DNA of 64,000 bases. Origin: Owenia fusiformis (taxonomy: Eukaryota). A program made the position numbers and the translations under genes. Position 1 is the stretch's first letter; every line of letters starts with the position of its first letter. The stretch covers positions 35,774,001 to 35,838,000 of the forward strand of contig CAIIXF020000001.1 of assembly GCA_903813345.2 (NCBI GenBank), given 5' to 3'. Under the pieces are notes generated by a model. That model made no database searches, was not told the DNA's origin, and saw only the letters and a program-made list of their open reading frames with translations. This document shows positions 63,201-64,000 of this stretch, one piece after another.

Positions 63201-64000
63201 CTTATTTTTGGGGAGTGAAGATTCCTATAATTGTGTGCAGACAATTTCCTGTTTTTTCCCACAGGAGGGACATAATGATCAATAGACTGAATTCTCATGA
63301 AAATTCAGTTTAATGGATATAGACTACTATTTTTTTCATGGCCCGAGTTCGTCGCTAACATGCTAAATATAAGAGTTAGCTGACGTTTGGGAGACTGACT
63401 TACCTTCTAAAGGTTAGAACCCGAATCTTAATGAAACCATATCACCTTTGTTGCGTCATTGATGATGCATAAACACAGCATTTGATAGAAATTAGTGTAA
63501 ATGCTTTTCCGACTTTTTCATTAATTTTGACTTCCGGGAAGGCATTGTAGTTATCACGAAATAACACATTGACCCTTGAACTTTACTTTGTTGACATGTC
63601 AACCAAGCATGTCTGGTGTGAAAATTAAAAGAATATTAAGCAATGTTCTACATCCGCCAAGCTAAGTGAAGTAGCCAATATTTAAAATTACCAATTTCAA
63701 GTGAAGTACGCAACGAACGAAACTGCGTGATCTGCACTCCCACTATTGGTCTGAACGAAATGCTAGGTAGAAATATGAGCCATCTGCTGTATTAGTCGAT
63801 TAATAGAGTAAGACCTGTTGGTGATGCTTTATAATTTAGACCAAAACATTGGAGAACAAACGAACCTGTAAATCGTGAAAACAACGAACAAATATTCGGT
63901 TTTCACATATGTTCGGTAATTTTTCGTATTGAAACTTCCGGAACTTACAAGGAAATCACGGTCCATGATTTACCTCTTGGATGTTGTGGCAAATGCTCCA

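Overview
AT-rich eukaryotic genomic DNA with spliceosomal introns. The gene and transposon content suggests a marine invertebrate, possibly a lophotrochozoan, but the species cannot be read from the sequence. The window has one 23-N scaffold gap at 38313-38335. Genes were reconstructed by hand from exon translation and GT/AG phase. (1) + strand 1802-14965: a type I membrane receptor with the order EGF-like, PAN, CTLD, PAN, EGF, CTLD, CTLD, Thr-rich mucin stalk, TM; its start codon is unresolved. (2) + strand 23245-29655: the first four exons of a GlyR/GluCl-like Cys-loop anion channel. (3) + strand 38384-41206: the 3' half (end of TM3 to TM7) of a class A peptide-type GPCR, starting just after the gap. 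(4) + strand 47926-48698: a small secreted six-cysteine peptide gene, with a candidate divergent signal-peptide exon at 44850-44968 on the - strand. (5) - strand 51201-59819: WRAP73/WDR8, with 12 exons found, one GC-AG intron and exon 1 not located. Introns and intergenic DNA are dense with nested MITEs (Tc1/mariner, Harbinger, Mutator and Kolobok-like), LINE relics, tRNA-derived repeats and satellites. The most notable object is a Sola-type DDD DNA transposon of at least 6.7 kb in the channel intron. It carries an F-box/LRR passenger ORF split by a Mutator-type MITE, plus a decayed third ORF, and all three ORFs have a splice acceptor 1-3 nt before the ATG. Also notable are a tRNA-containing TRIM-like relic with a tRNA-Leu primer site and a duplicated pre-miRNA-like hairpin upstream of the channel gene.
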